Both the position numbers and the translations under genes were made by a program. DNA of 40,318 bases, from NCBI GenBank assembly GCA_046543235.1, contig JBKGZT010000004.1, positions 1 to 40,318 on the forward strand, written 5' to 3'. Each line of letters opens with the position of its first letter. The stretch's first letter is position 1. Under the pieces are notes generated by a model, which saw only the letters and a list, made by a program, of their open reading frames with translations, made no database searches and had not been told where the DNA came from. Origin of the DNA: Candidatus Acetothermia bacterium (GTDB lineage Bacteria > Bipolaricaulota > Bipolaricaulia > M55B111). Of the stretch, positions 8,055-17,054 are shown in pieces.

Positions 8055-9653
8055 TCAATATACCGCCACCTGCCCATCCGTTCTCGGCTCCGTTGCCCCT
8101 ACGAGGACGCCGTTCTGGCGTAGGATTACCTGTCCTCGACCGAATGAACCGCTATCCGTAGCCACGCTGATTTCATGCCCCCTTCTTTCCAGCTTTCCGA
8201 TCAGGTATTCCGGAAAACCCTTCTCGACTTCTACTTTCCGGCCGCCGGTCCAGCGCCAGCGGGGAGCGTCCAGAGCGGCCTGAGGATTCAATCCGTCGTC
8301 AACCATTCCGGCAAGCACCTGAACGTGGCCCTGGGGCTGCATGTATCCTCCCATAACTCCAAACGGTCCCAGGGGAGCACCATCTTTGGTAAGAAATCCC
8401 GGGATTATGGTATGATAAGTCCGCTTTCCCCCTTCCAGGCTGTTGTAATCGCCGGGGTCCAGCGAAAAAGTGCTCCCGCGGTTCTGAAGGGCAACCCCGG
8501 TACCAGGAACCACGACACCGGAACCGAAGCCCGCATAGTTACTCTGAATAAAGGAAACCATGTTTCCTCGATCGTCCGCCGTAGCCAGGTAGACCGTACC
8601 TTCCTCGCCAGGTATTCCCGGACCGTACTCCCGGGCCTCGGTTTTGATCTCCTTCATCCGGTCCTCAACGTAGGAGTCGGCAAGCAAGTCCGACGGGCTC
8701 AGGTCCATGTAACCCGGGTCCGTTATGTACTCCTTCCCGTCCGCAAAAGCCAGCTTAACCGCTTCTATCCTTCTGTGAATGGCTTCGACTTCCCTTTTCG
8801 GTGCCGGGAATCGGTCAATTAAGTTAAGCGCCATGAGCGCGACCAGGCCCTGCCCATTTGGTGGAAGCTCCAGCACCTCGTACCCTCCGTACTCCAGCTT
8901 CAGCGGCTCCACCCAGGACGGGGAAAAAGCAGCCAGGTCCTTCCTTCTGATATATCCCCCCGTTTTCCGGGAGAACTCGTCTATCTTCTTTGCCAGATCC
9001 CCTCGGTAAAAAGAACTGGCATCCGTTTCAGCGATCTCCTTCAAGGTTTCCGCGTGATCCGGAGATTGCCAGATCTCCCCGGTTGCAGGGGGCTTACCGG
9101 CCGGGGCGAAAATCTCCCCCCAGCCTTCGAACTCCTCACCATCCAGTTCCGCATATACGCCGGCTGCTTTTCTCCAGTACTTTCCGAGAGTCGGTTGGAT
9201 CGGATAACCGCGGCTCGCGTAACGAATAGCCGGTTCGAGGGTTTCAGCTAGAGTAAGTTCTCCGAACCGATTCGACAGCTCGCTCCAGGCCGCCGGTGCG
9301 CCGGGCACCGTAACCGGTTCCCAGCCGTACCTGGGAACCTCCTCCATGCCTTCTCTCTTAAGCTCCTCCCGAGAGATCCCTTCAGGTGCCGGGCCGCTGG
9401 AATTCAACCCGTAAAGATCCCCCTCGTACCAGACCTGGGCAAACGCGTCCCCGCCAATTCCGTTCGAAGTGGGCTCAAGTACGGTCAGTCCGGCAGCGGT
9501 CGCGACGGCTGCGTCGATTGCGTTCCCTCCTTTCCGGAGGATCTCGATCCCCGCAGCCGAAGCCAGCGGTTGAGAAGTCGCCATCATTCCTCCCGCCGAG
9601 TAAACCAAGTTCCTGCGGGAACTATACGGATAACTCAGCGGGTCAAAATCCAC
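8055..9653 (-). CDS. ggt: Gamma-glutamyltransferase family protein (YwrD-like, cytoplasmic)
   Basis: SQPLA...GGNAIDAA, EPTSNGIGGD, PPNGQG, catalytic T in GTVYL, QSNY, HTIIPG, MGGYMQPQGH. Start uncertain (GTG 9653, TTG 9656 or GTG 9662). Confidence 0.9.
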   Translation of the reverse strand: MDFDPLSYPYSSRRNLVYSAGGMMATSQPLASAAGIEILRKGGNAIDAAVATAAGLTVLEPTSNGIGGDAFAQVWYEGDLYGLNSSGPAPEGISREELKREGMEEVPRYGWEPVTVPGAPAAWSELSNRFGELTLAETLEPAIRYASRGYPIQPTLGKYWRKAAGVYAELDGEEFEGWGEIFAPAGKPPATGEIWQSPDHAETLKEIAETDASSFYRGDLAKKIDEFSRKTGGYIRRKDLAAFSPSWVEPLKLEYGGYEVLELPPNGQGLVALMALNLIDRFPAPKREVEAIHRRIEAVKLAFADGKEYITDPGYMDLSPSDLLADSYVEDRMKEIKTEAREYGPGIPGEEGTVYLATADDRGNMVSFIQSNYAGFGSGVVVPGTGVALQNRGSTFSLDPGDYNSLEGGKRTYHTIIPGFLTKDGAPLGPFGVMGGYMQPQGHVQVLAGMVDDGLNPQAALDAPRWRWTGGRKVEVEKGFPEYLIGKLERRGHEISVATDSGSFGRGQVILRQNGVLVGATEPRTDGQVAVY

Positions 9654-9689
9654 CAAAACCACTCCCGGTTATTTGATAAATAAAGTCCA

Positions 9690-10241
9690 TCACCCGGAAT
9701 CAACCTCGGGCTCGTCCGTCTCCTCCTCGATAAACTCCGGTGGAACGTAATCGGCCACGTAGACCCTGTCACTCGCCTTCTGAAAAGTCACACCGGAATC
9801 GATTGCCTCGCTCGTGTTTATCCTGAGCACCACCGGGTTCGGCGTATGGCGATTTCCGACCTCTATCGCGTCCTCTTTCGTACTGGACAGGTGGACTTTG
9901 CGCCTCGCCTGGCTCTTTAACCCTTCTTCGGTAATCCTGCTGACGGCCTTCCGGGAAGTTCCGTGATAAAGAACATCCACTTCTACTTCCGGTAGGTCGG
10001 GATTCACGTCTATCGAATGGCCGTAGAGCGCTCTTATATTTTCTTCTGTTATTTCGTAGCGCCCCTTTGGATCTTCCTCGACGACTCTCCTGAGATCGGC
10101 CTCGCCGAGGTTCGTCCAGCGCTCACGAAGTTTCTCCAAAAGCTCGTCGATCCCGACGTAACCTTCCTTGTCGATCTCCAGCCCGGAAGGTTCATGTCTT
10201 AAAAGATAGGCCATCTGTTTGCTGACTTCTTTTCTGTTCAT
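9690..10241 (-). CDS. kptA: RNA 2'-phosphotransferase (Tpt1/KptA)
   Basis: SKQMAYLLRH, KGRY, IRALYGHS, LYHGT, RRKVHLS motifs. Confidence 0.92.
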   Translation of the reverse strand: MNRKEVSKQMAYLLRHEPSGLEIDKEGYVGIDELLEKLRERWTNLGEADLRRVVEEDPKGRYEITEENIRALYGHSIDVNPDLPEVEVDVLYHGTSRKAVSRITEEGLKSQARRKVHLSSTKEDAIEVGNRHTPNPVVLRINTSEAIDSGVTFQKASDRVYVADYVPPEFIEEETDEPEVDSG

Positions 10242-10278
10242 CTTCACCTCTTATCCATTACGGCCGACTGAGGGGGAT

Positions 10279-10752
10279 TTAACCTCGTCCAAGCCACTCC
10301 GCCAGCTCGCCCGCGAGTTTCCGGAGGAAGTCTTCGTCCTCTTCCGTAAAAACACCCGCTTCGTGGGAGTCTATATCGATCTCGCCCACGAAGGCCCCCT
10401 CCCTAAAAATCGGCACTACGATTTCGGACTTTACCTTCGGACTGCAGGATAGATAATTGCTCTCTTCTTCCACGTTCTGAACGGTAAAGACCTCCTCCTT
10501 TTCCGCTGCCTGACCGCAGACCCCTTCTCCGTAGTCGATTTCGGTATGCTCGGTCGGCTCTCCATCGAAGGGGCCCAGGGTTAGCCTTTTATCCCGTTCA
10601 TTTGCGAGATAGAAACCCACCCAGTCGTAATGATCTACCTCTCGGCGCAGGAACCTGGCAACTTCGGAGAGGACTTCGGAGCTGACCTCTCCTCCCCTGA
10701 TAGTATCGTTTATTTCTTCGGTCAGGTCTTCAAAGGGTGTCTCCGAACTCAT
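10279..10752 (-). CDS. GAF-domain protein, free methionine-(R)-sulfoxide reductase-like
   Basis: DWVGFY, LGPFDG, GEGVCGQAA, YLSCS, SEIVVPI, GEIDIDS...F...D (YebR/MsrC family pattern). Confidence 0.8.
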   Translation of the reverse strand: MSSETPFEDLTEEINDTIRGGEVSSEVLSEVARFLRREVDHYDWVGFYLANERDKRLTLGPFDGEPTEHTEIDYGEGVCGQAAEKEEVFTVQNVEEESNYLSCSPKVKSEIVVPIFREGAFVGEIDIDSHEAGVFTEEDEDFLRKLAGELAEWLGRG

Positions 10753-11795
10753 CCGGCCTCCTTTAATCGATCCTTGAAGCTCTCGATTAGTTTAACGGGC
10801 GACGGATCCACCCCGTTCAGAAGGGCCAGGTAGGTGGAGAAGTAGTCCCCAAAGTAAATCTGTCCGATGATCCTGGCGAACTTGTCCCCGCTCGGGGCGC
10901 GGACGATCGAATAATCTATCCCTTCGTCCTCGAACAGGTCCTCCATTATTTCCATCCTTAGTTCGTTCCTTTCAATTTCCAATCCGTTTTTGAGGGTAAT
11001 CGCCTTTCCGTTCTCCATGATCTCGCTGCCAAGCTCGTAACCGACCGTCTCGTTGTGATTCAGTTCCGGAAACACGTTCCAGTAGGCGGGCTGTTTTGCG
11101 TTCTCGTTGATCTGGGTCTTCCACCGGTAGGCCACGACCTCAGTGTTGCCCTTGGTGCCGTAGATAATCGGTACCTTTCCCTGGAATTCACGGGCGAGCT
11201 TCTTCGCCGGGTTGTCCTCGGCCCTCCGCTTGCTCTGCCATTTTTCCTTCAACCGGCTTACCTCGCTCAACAGATCCTCCAGGTCGAGCGTGCCCGCGAA
11301 ACCGGCTTCCGAGAAAAGGGTCAAAAGGGGGAACAACATATATCCCGTCGAGGCCCGGGGCTGGTGCCCCGTAGGTATCTTGATCAAAGGCACGGACCTC
11401 TCCCGGCAAAAACCCTCCATCTTCCCGCCCGTCGACAGGGCCACGGACTTCATTCCCCGACGCAGACCGTCCTGTAGCGCGGAAAGAGTTTCCTCCGTAT
11501 TTCCCGAATAACTCACCGCGATCAGGAGTTCGTCGGGGTTTGCCGAGTCCGACAGGTAGTAACCCCTGTTGGTAACGACGGGTAAATCTATCAACCGGGC
11601 AAGTATATCCCCCACGATTGCCGAACCTCCCATCCCGGTAACTACGACTTTTTCGAACTCCTTTAACCCGAAAGGAAGGCTCGTCTCCCTTCCGATCGCC
11701 ACGGCTTCCTCGCACTGTTCCGGGAAAGTATCGAGGTCCTCGACCATTCCCTGCGGATCCAGTTCACGAACCTCCTCTATCTCGTCCAGAATCAT
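10749..11795 (-). CDS. Bifunctional phosphoglucose/phosphomannose isomerase
   Basis: GMGGSA, SYSGNTEET, QPRA, RWKTQINENAK, PELNHNE, DPSPV. Confidence 0.92.
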   Translation of the reverse strand: MILDEIEEVRELDPQGMVEDLDTFPEQCEEAVAIGRETSLPFGLKEFEKVVVTGMGGSAIVGDILARLIDLPVVTNRGYYLSDSANPDELLIAVSYSGNTEETLSALQDGLRRGMKSVALSTGGKMEGFCRERSVPLIKIPTGHQPRASTGYMLFPLLTLFSEAGFAGTLDLEDLLSEVSRLKEKWQSKRRAEDNPAKKLAREFQGKVPIIYGTKGNTEVVAYRWKTQINENAKQPAYWNVFPELNHNETVGYELGSEIMENGKAITLKNGLEIERNELRMEIMEDLFEDEGIDYSIVRAPSGDKFARIIGQIYFGDYFSTYLALLNGVDPSPVKLIESFKDRLKEAG

Positions 11796-11929
11796 GGTAT
11801 CACCTCATAAAACGTCAAGCTGTAATCCATCCGCCCAATTTTTCAGGGCTGGGGTAACCCGCTACAATAATCCTATCGCTTCGTTCCCAAAAAATGAAGG
11901 GATCGAGGGTTTTCCAAAAACTTCGCCGG

Positions 11930-13003
11930 TCAATCCTCTTCAAATTCCCTGGCGACTTCCTTTACTTTCTGGGCTTCCCCTTTATCCATAACCAGCAAAG
12001 CTTCGGGAGTATTGACGACTACGGTGTCCGAGAGACCGATGGCAACAGTCGGTTTGCCTGTCTCTTCATAGACGAGGCTACCGCTCGAATCTCGAAAAAT
12101 CACTTCCCCTTCAGAAGCGTTGTCCTCAGGATCCCGTTCCAGCAGGGTCGCAAAACTTGGCCAGTCGCCGAGGTCGGACCACTCCACGGAAGCAGGCAAC
12201 ACGGCCCTGTTTTTGGCTTTCTCCATGAGGCCGTAATCTATCGAGGTACCCGAAAGCCTCTTGTATTCCTCACGCAGGACATCTCCTTCCTCTTCTCCCC
12301 CAACAGCGTCCTTTATATTCTTCAGCCCACCGAACAGTTCGGGCATGTATTCTTCGAGTCCCTCCAGCAGCTTATCGGTCCGCCAGACGAACGTGCCGCT
12401 GTTCCAGTAGTAATTCCCCGCCGCCAGGAACTTCTCCGCTCGACGGGAGTCGGGCTTTTCAGTAAAGCTAAGCACCCTCCTGGCCGGCTCGAAGCCCTGA
12501 AGTTCCTCCCCGGCCTCGATATAGCCGTATCCGGTCGCCGCTCTCGTAGGTTCGATTCCCAGGGTCACTAGTTCCCCCCCTGTTCCGGCCACCTCAGCCC
12601 CTTTCATCAGGATTTCACGGAAACGTTCTTCTCGACCCACCAGGTGATCCGCCGGCAGCACGACCATCACCGAGTTTTCCCGATCAAGCCCGAGGTATTC
12701 TTCAGAATAGATCGCCGACAATCCGATACAAGGAGCAGTATTTCTGCCCATGGGCTCCTCGATAACGTTTCTCTCGGGCAGCTCCGGCAGCTGTGAATTA
12801 ACCAGCTCACCTTTTCCCTTGTTGGTTACGACCAGTACGTTCTCTTTCTCGATGAGGGGCCTAATCCTCTCGTAGGTTCGGGCAAGCAGGGATTTCCCGT
12901 TCACCCCTATAAACTGTTTTGGCCTTTCCGGCGTACTCAGCGGCCACAGCCTTCTTCCCCTGCCTCCGGCCATTATTACGGCATAAGTCGTATAGTCTTC
13001 CAT
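11930..13003 (-). CDS. manC: Mannose-1-phosphate guanylyltransferase
   Basis: MAGGRGRRLWPLS...PKQF, EPMGRNTAP, PADH, TGYGYI, FTEKP, WNSG, SIDYGLMEK, WSDLGDW. Confidence 0.93.
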   Translation of the reverse strand: MEDYTTYAVIMAGGRGRRLWPLSTPERPKQFIGVNGKSLLARTYERIRPLIEKENVLVVTNKGKGELVNSQLPELPERNVIEEPMGRNTAPCIGLSAIYSEEYLGLDRENSVMVVLPADHLVGREERFREILMKGAEVAGTGGELVTLGIEPTRAATGYGYIEAGEELQGFEPARRVLSFTEKPDSRRAEKFLAAGNYYWNSGTFVWRTDKLLEGLEEYMPELFGGLKNIKDAVGGEEEGDVLREEYKRLSGTSIDYGLMEKAKNRAVLPASVEWSDLGDWPSFATLLERDPEDNASEGEVIFRDSSGSLVYEETGKPTVAIGLSDTVVVNTPEALLVMDKGEAQKVKEVAREFEED

Positions 13004-13024
13004 TTTTTCCTCCCTATCAGGAAA

Positions 13025-16000
13025 CTAGAATTCAACCATCAAACCCGCCGATCCGTAATAGCTGCTGTAGAGCTCACCCGAATCGTCGAACCCGACGTTG
13101 ACCCCGGACACGAAAGAGACTCCCCAGCGGTCCCGGAATGGGTAAGAGAACTCCGTCTCGGTATTGACGTCCACCTCTCCCGAACCGGGAAAGTAATCGA
13201 GTCCGAAATCCAATTCGGGAGAAAGTTTTGAATTTATCTTCCAGCTAAGCGAATCTTCCAGGTTATAGGACCATCCATCCTCGGCCTTGTAGCTAACCCC
13301 TGTCTTCAAACGGTTATTTAGGCCCGGAGCTAACTCCCATCTCGTACCCAGGCTCAGATTACCACTATATTTGGTTTTCCGGCCGAAGTCCGGATGGGTC
13401 AACAGATTCCGGCTCAGCCGAAAGCTTACGTCTGGAGTCATTTCCTCGAACTCGTAACTCACTCCGGCCTGTACTTTATCCTCATACTCCACCAGTCGGC
13501 TGCCAATCGGGTATCTGACGTTCCGACTCAGGCTGGTATTCGAACTAAAGTTCCCTAGAAGGACCTCCCCGTCAAGCTTTCCGGAAAGCTGGTTGGAAGA
13601 ACTATCACCCTCCCAGGAAAAGGAAACGGAAGGAGACAGGTCCAGGTCCTGAACGCTCAGCTCACCGGGAGTTAACTCAATTCCGACCTTGCTATCGGAA
13701 GAATTGAAGCCTTCGAGGGAGGGTTTATCGAGGTTGCCCTCGCCGTCCAGGCTGAAGTTCACAGCGTAGTCGGGATTGATAGGGAAATCCCGGGAGAAGT
13801 CGAAATTCCAGGTAAGCTTTTCGCTCTCCGCCTTTTCCAAAGAGCCGAAAGTCAAAGGATAAGTGTAGTCAAGGCCTATATTACCCGTTCCCCATGGGGA
13901 TACTGAAAGCCTCGAAGCCAAAGTTACCGAGTCCGTCGTCGAACCGGAGGAGCTCAGCCTCCTGTCCGCCGTAACGTTCAAAGCGGTAGTCAGGTTCTCG
14001 TTCCAGAAGGTCTTATCCAGCCCCAAAACCAGCCCGAGATCCGTCCGACCTTTTCCTCCTGTATCCCAGGTAAACTCGGCACTTCCGTCCACCAGAGCTT
14101 TCCAGTACCCGGATATTCGGTTGGTAACGGTCCAGTCCTCAAACCCGGTCGACAGAGAGGAAACGGAATACTCGGTCCCCAGCCCGAGAGAAAAGTTATC
14201 GGTTACCTCCGCCTCCACCCTTACCCCGGTCGACAGTTTATCCTTCCGCTCCCGCCGGCCGATGGCGGTGTAGGTCGGCTGGTAGTACTCGAAATCGGAT
14301 GAGAAAGAAACTTCTCTTGACCAAACATCCAGATCCTTTTTTGCCTCGCCGGCCAGGAATATTCCTCTGTCCGTATGGCTACCCGGATCTATGCTCCTGT
14401 AGCGGTTCTCGTCTATCCCCTCTATTCCGGTCTCTTCTACCCCGTAGCGGTTTAAACCTTCGGCCAGCTGATAGACGGTCAACTCAGTATCATCATCCAG
14501 GTTTCTTCCCCGGCTACCGGCCCAGATGCTCTCCCCGGTGACCAGGAGTGCAGTTACCCTCTCCTTCCCGTAACTGGCAGTTTCATCGACCTTTTTGAAG
14601 CCCCGGTCCGTCCCGAACCAGATCTCCCCGTTCCGCGTAGAAATGGACCGTACCGCCTCTCCTTCTACAAGTCTCTCCTCCTCGGCGTCCACCCCCACCC
14701 TGGTCATTCCTTCGGGCGTACCGACGAGAAGCTTCCCGTCGGACACCAGCGCGTCCTCCACCACGCTATCGATCACCGGCCCTTCACCAACCAGCTCCTC
14801 CTCTTCCAGGTCAAACAGGTACAAGCCATCCTTCGTACCGAGCCATAGGTGTTCTTCGACGAAGGAAACCGTCTCGATCGCCGCTTCGTCCAGCTCTCCC
14901 AGATCAATTTCGTTCCATGGGTCGTCTTCCCCCAGTTCGCCGGTTTCAAAACGGAACACCCCGGAACTCGTCCCCACCCAAATTCTCCCGTCGTCGCTCG
15001 CCAGCGATAGTAGCTCCGTTTCCGGTAGGCCGTCCGATTCGTAGTAGCTCTCCCAGTTATCGGACCTGCCAAACGGGGAAGTACCGGTCAAGTCGACGCT
15101 GGTGAGTCCGCCTACCGTCGCCAGGTATAACTTACCGTCGACGACCAGTCCTTCGTTTACCTTGTCAGCGGACAGCCCGTCGTTCGTACCGAAACTTTCC
15201 CAACTATCAGGTCTTCTGGCGGTAAAACCGTTATCATGAAGAAACAGAATTTCTTCGTAACCGGCGTCCTCGAGGGAGATAACGCCGTTGATCTGGTTCG
15301 GTAGATGAACCCTCTCGTTGTCGTCAAAAGGAAACCTGTTCAGATTACCGCCGAACCTTAATCCGAGGTTCCAGCCGTTTTTCTGATAGTTCGCCCCCAC
15401 CCCGACAACACTGTGTACGTTTGGCATGGTAGACACTTCGGGCGGTAATTCGGCCGGGGCGCTGTCCCTTGCCTGAAAAAGGTGGACATCCGCCGTCAGC
15501 CCGTAATCGGACTCCAGGCTCGTACTGAATCCGTAGAGAGTTCGACCAAACTGGGCGAAGCCTCCCAGTCCATCGCGCGCGCGCTCGAAGTCAACTTTCA
15601 GTTCGTCATCCGGCCCGAGCTCTCGAAAAAGGATCAGGGCTCCCGTCTCGTAGTCGATCGAATAATCGGTATCTTTCGTCAGTAGTTCCCCGTTTAGATA
15701 GACCTCTTCGCTATCCGGAGCTACGGAAAACCCAAGCATGTAAGTCTTTCCGGATATTTCGTACTGGAAGCTCGCCCTCATCCCTGCCCCTTCCAGGTCG
15801 GAGAAGAACTCATCCGGAAAATCGACCTCGAAGACACCTTTACCCGCGAAGAGATCGTAACCGTACCCGGTCAGGCCATCGACCGACGTCCAGTCCCCGT
15901 CCTGCCGGACTTGCAACTCAAAACCGTCCCTGTTAACACCGGTTTGACCGAGGAAGTAAAACCTCTCTTGTGAGTAGTCATCTATCTCCAGCTCGTCATC

Positions 16001-16966
16001 TCCGACGGTTAGGCGGATATAACTTTTTAAAGCCTCCAGGAATTCCTCTTCCAGATCCGTACCACGATTGAAGGGGTACTCCTCCTGCTCTTCCTCCGGA
16101 AGGTTCTGGTTATAGGCCGAAATATAGTCCTTGACCCAGGATCTAGACAAGGTATTTACTTCCTCTAAAAGCAGAAGGTAATCCTGTTCTTCGGATATTA
16201 CCGTAAACCGGTCTGAATCGAGTTCTTTTTCCGGTTCCTCGGTGATTACCTCTTCCAGGTAACCAAGTTCCCATCCCTGCAGGAATTCCACTAGCCCGGC
16301 GCCGGTCCTGAACTCGGCCTCCGGAGTGGTAAAGCCTTCTACGTATTCCACGTCAAGCTCGTAGTACTGCAAACCGCGAATACTTTCATCGTACCCGGTT
16401 TCTTCCAGCCCCGCATCAGTTCTGTAAAGCGAGTACTCCACTTCCGATTCCCCGGTGTCACCCCGAAATACTTTGGTCTCGGATATGCCCTGGAGCCTTC
16501 CCGCTATCGCTCTTACGCCGGCCCCATCGAGGGCTCCGTCGAGCTCGAGGCCCAGGAGTTTCTTGTTGTAGACGGTAAAGTTATCCCCATCCCCCGCAAC
16601 TATGTTCCCGGCTAGCCCGTCCCAGTTATCGGTGTCCATCCTGAGTTCGAATTCCTGAAGGTAACCCGGCTCCGTGTCGTCAAGGTTGGCGGAAAGCGAG
16701 AAAACCTCGCCGATCTCCCCGCTCAAGTCCACTTTAAGGGTCTGGCTGAGCGAGTACGAATCCTTGGGGTAGCCAACTTCCGACAGGCTGCCACCGTCTC
16801 CGATACCCCCCTCAACCGTCCATGTCTTCTCCCCTCCCAGGTCGATCCGAAAGGAACCCGTCTGCACGGTCAGCGCTTCCACCTCGCCGACCGAGATACT
16901 CAAAACCAGGAAAAAGACGAAAACAATAAAAAAACCGACCACAAGGTTCTTCTTATGGTTTTCCAT
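13025..16966 (-). CDS. Large predicted outer-membrane beta-barrel protein with SprA-like motifs and an internal beta-propeller
   Basis: N-terminal signal peptide; alternating amphipathic strands; C-terminal Phe (GLMVEF); VYLNGELLTKDTDYSIDYETG motif; repeated WxGTxxG/DGL propeller blades. Confidence 0.75.
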   Translation of the reverse strand: MENHKKNLVVGFFIVFVFFLVLSISVGEVEALTVQTGSFRIDLGGEKTWTVEGGIGDGGSLSEVGYPKDSYSLSQTLKVDLSGEIGEVFSLSANLDDTEPGYLQEFELRMDTDNWDGLAGNIVAGDGDNFTVYNKKLLGLELDGALDGAGVRAIAGRLQGISETKVFRGDTGESEVEYSLYRTDAGLEETGYDESIRGLQYYELDVEYVEGFTTPEAEFRTGAGLVEFLQGWELGYLEEVITEEPEKELDSDRFTVISEEQDYLLLLEEVNTLSRSWVKDYISAYNQNLPEEEQEEYPFNRGTDLEEEFLEALKSYIRLTVGDDELEIDDYSQERFYFLGQTGVNRDGFELQVRQDGDWTSVDGLTGYGYDLFAGKGVFEVDFPDEFFSDLEGAGMRASFQYEISGKTYMLGFSVAPDSEEVYLNGELLTKDTDYSIDYETGALILFRELGPDDELKVDFERARDGLGGFAQFGRTLYGFSTSLESDYGLTADVHLFQARDSAPAELPPEVSTMPNVHSVVGVGANYQKNGWNLGLRFGGNLNRFPFDDNERVHLPNQINGVISLEDAGYEEILFLHDNGFTARRPDSWESFGTNDGLSADKVNEGLVVDGKLYLATVGGLTSVDLTGTSPFGRSDNWESYYESDGLPETELLSLASDDGRIWVGTSSGVFRFETGELGEDDPWNEIDLGELDEAAIETVSFVEEHLWLGTKDGLYLFDLEEEELVGEGPVIDSVVEDALVSDGKLLVGTPEGMTRVGVDAEEERLVEGEAVRSISTRNGEIWFGTDRGFKKVDETASYGKERVTALLVTGESIWAGSRGRNLDDDTELTVYQLAEGLNRYGVEETGIEGIDENRYRSIDPGSHTDRGIFLAGEAKKDLDVWSREVSFSSDFEYYQPTYTAIGRRERKDKLSTGVRVEAEVTDNFSLGLGTEYSVSSLSTGFEDWTVTNRISGYWKALVDGSAEFTWDTGGKGRTDLGLVLGLDKTFWNENLTTALNVTADRRLSSSGSTTDSVTLASRLSVSPWGTGNIGLDYTYPLTFGSLEKAESEKLTWNFDFSRDFPINPDYAVNFSLDGEGNLDKPSLEGFNSSDSKVGIELTPGELSVQDLDLSPSVSFSWEGDSSSNQLSGKLDGEVLLGNFSSNTSLSRNVRYPIGSRLVEYEDKVQAGVSYEFEEMTPDVSFRLSRNLLTHPDFGRKTKYSGNLSLGTRWELAPGLNNRLKTGVSYKAEDGWSYNLEDSLSWKINSKLSPELDFGLDYFPGSGEVDVNTETEFSYPFRDRWGVSFVSGVNVGFDDSGELYSSYYGSAGLMVEF

Positions 16967-17054
16967 GAGAACACCATTTCGAATCCAAGATGGTTGATCA
17001 CCTCTACAGTATCCAATCCTAAACCACGAGATAACGACCGTGCAAACTAAAGCG

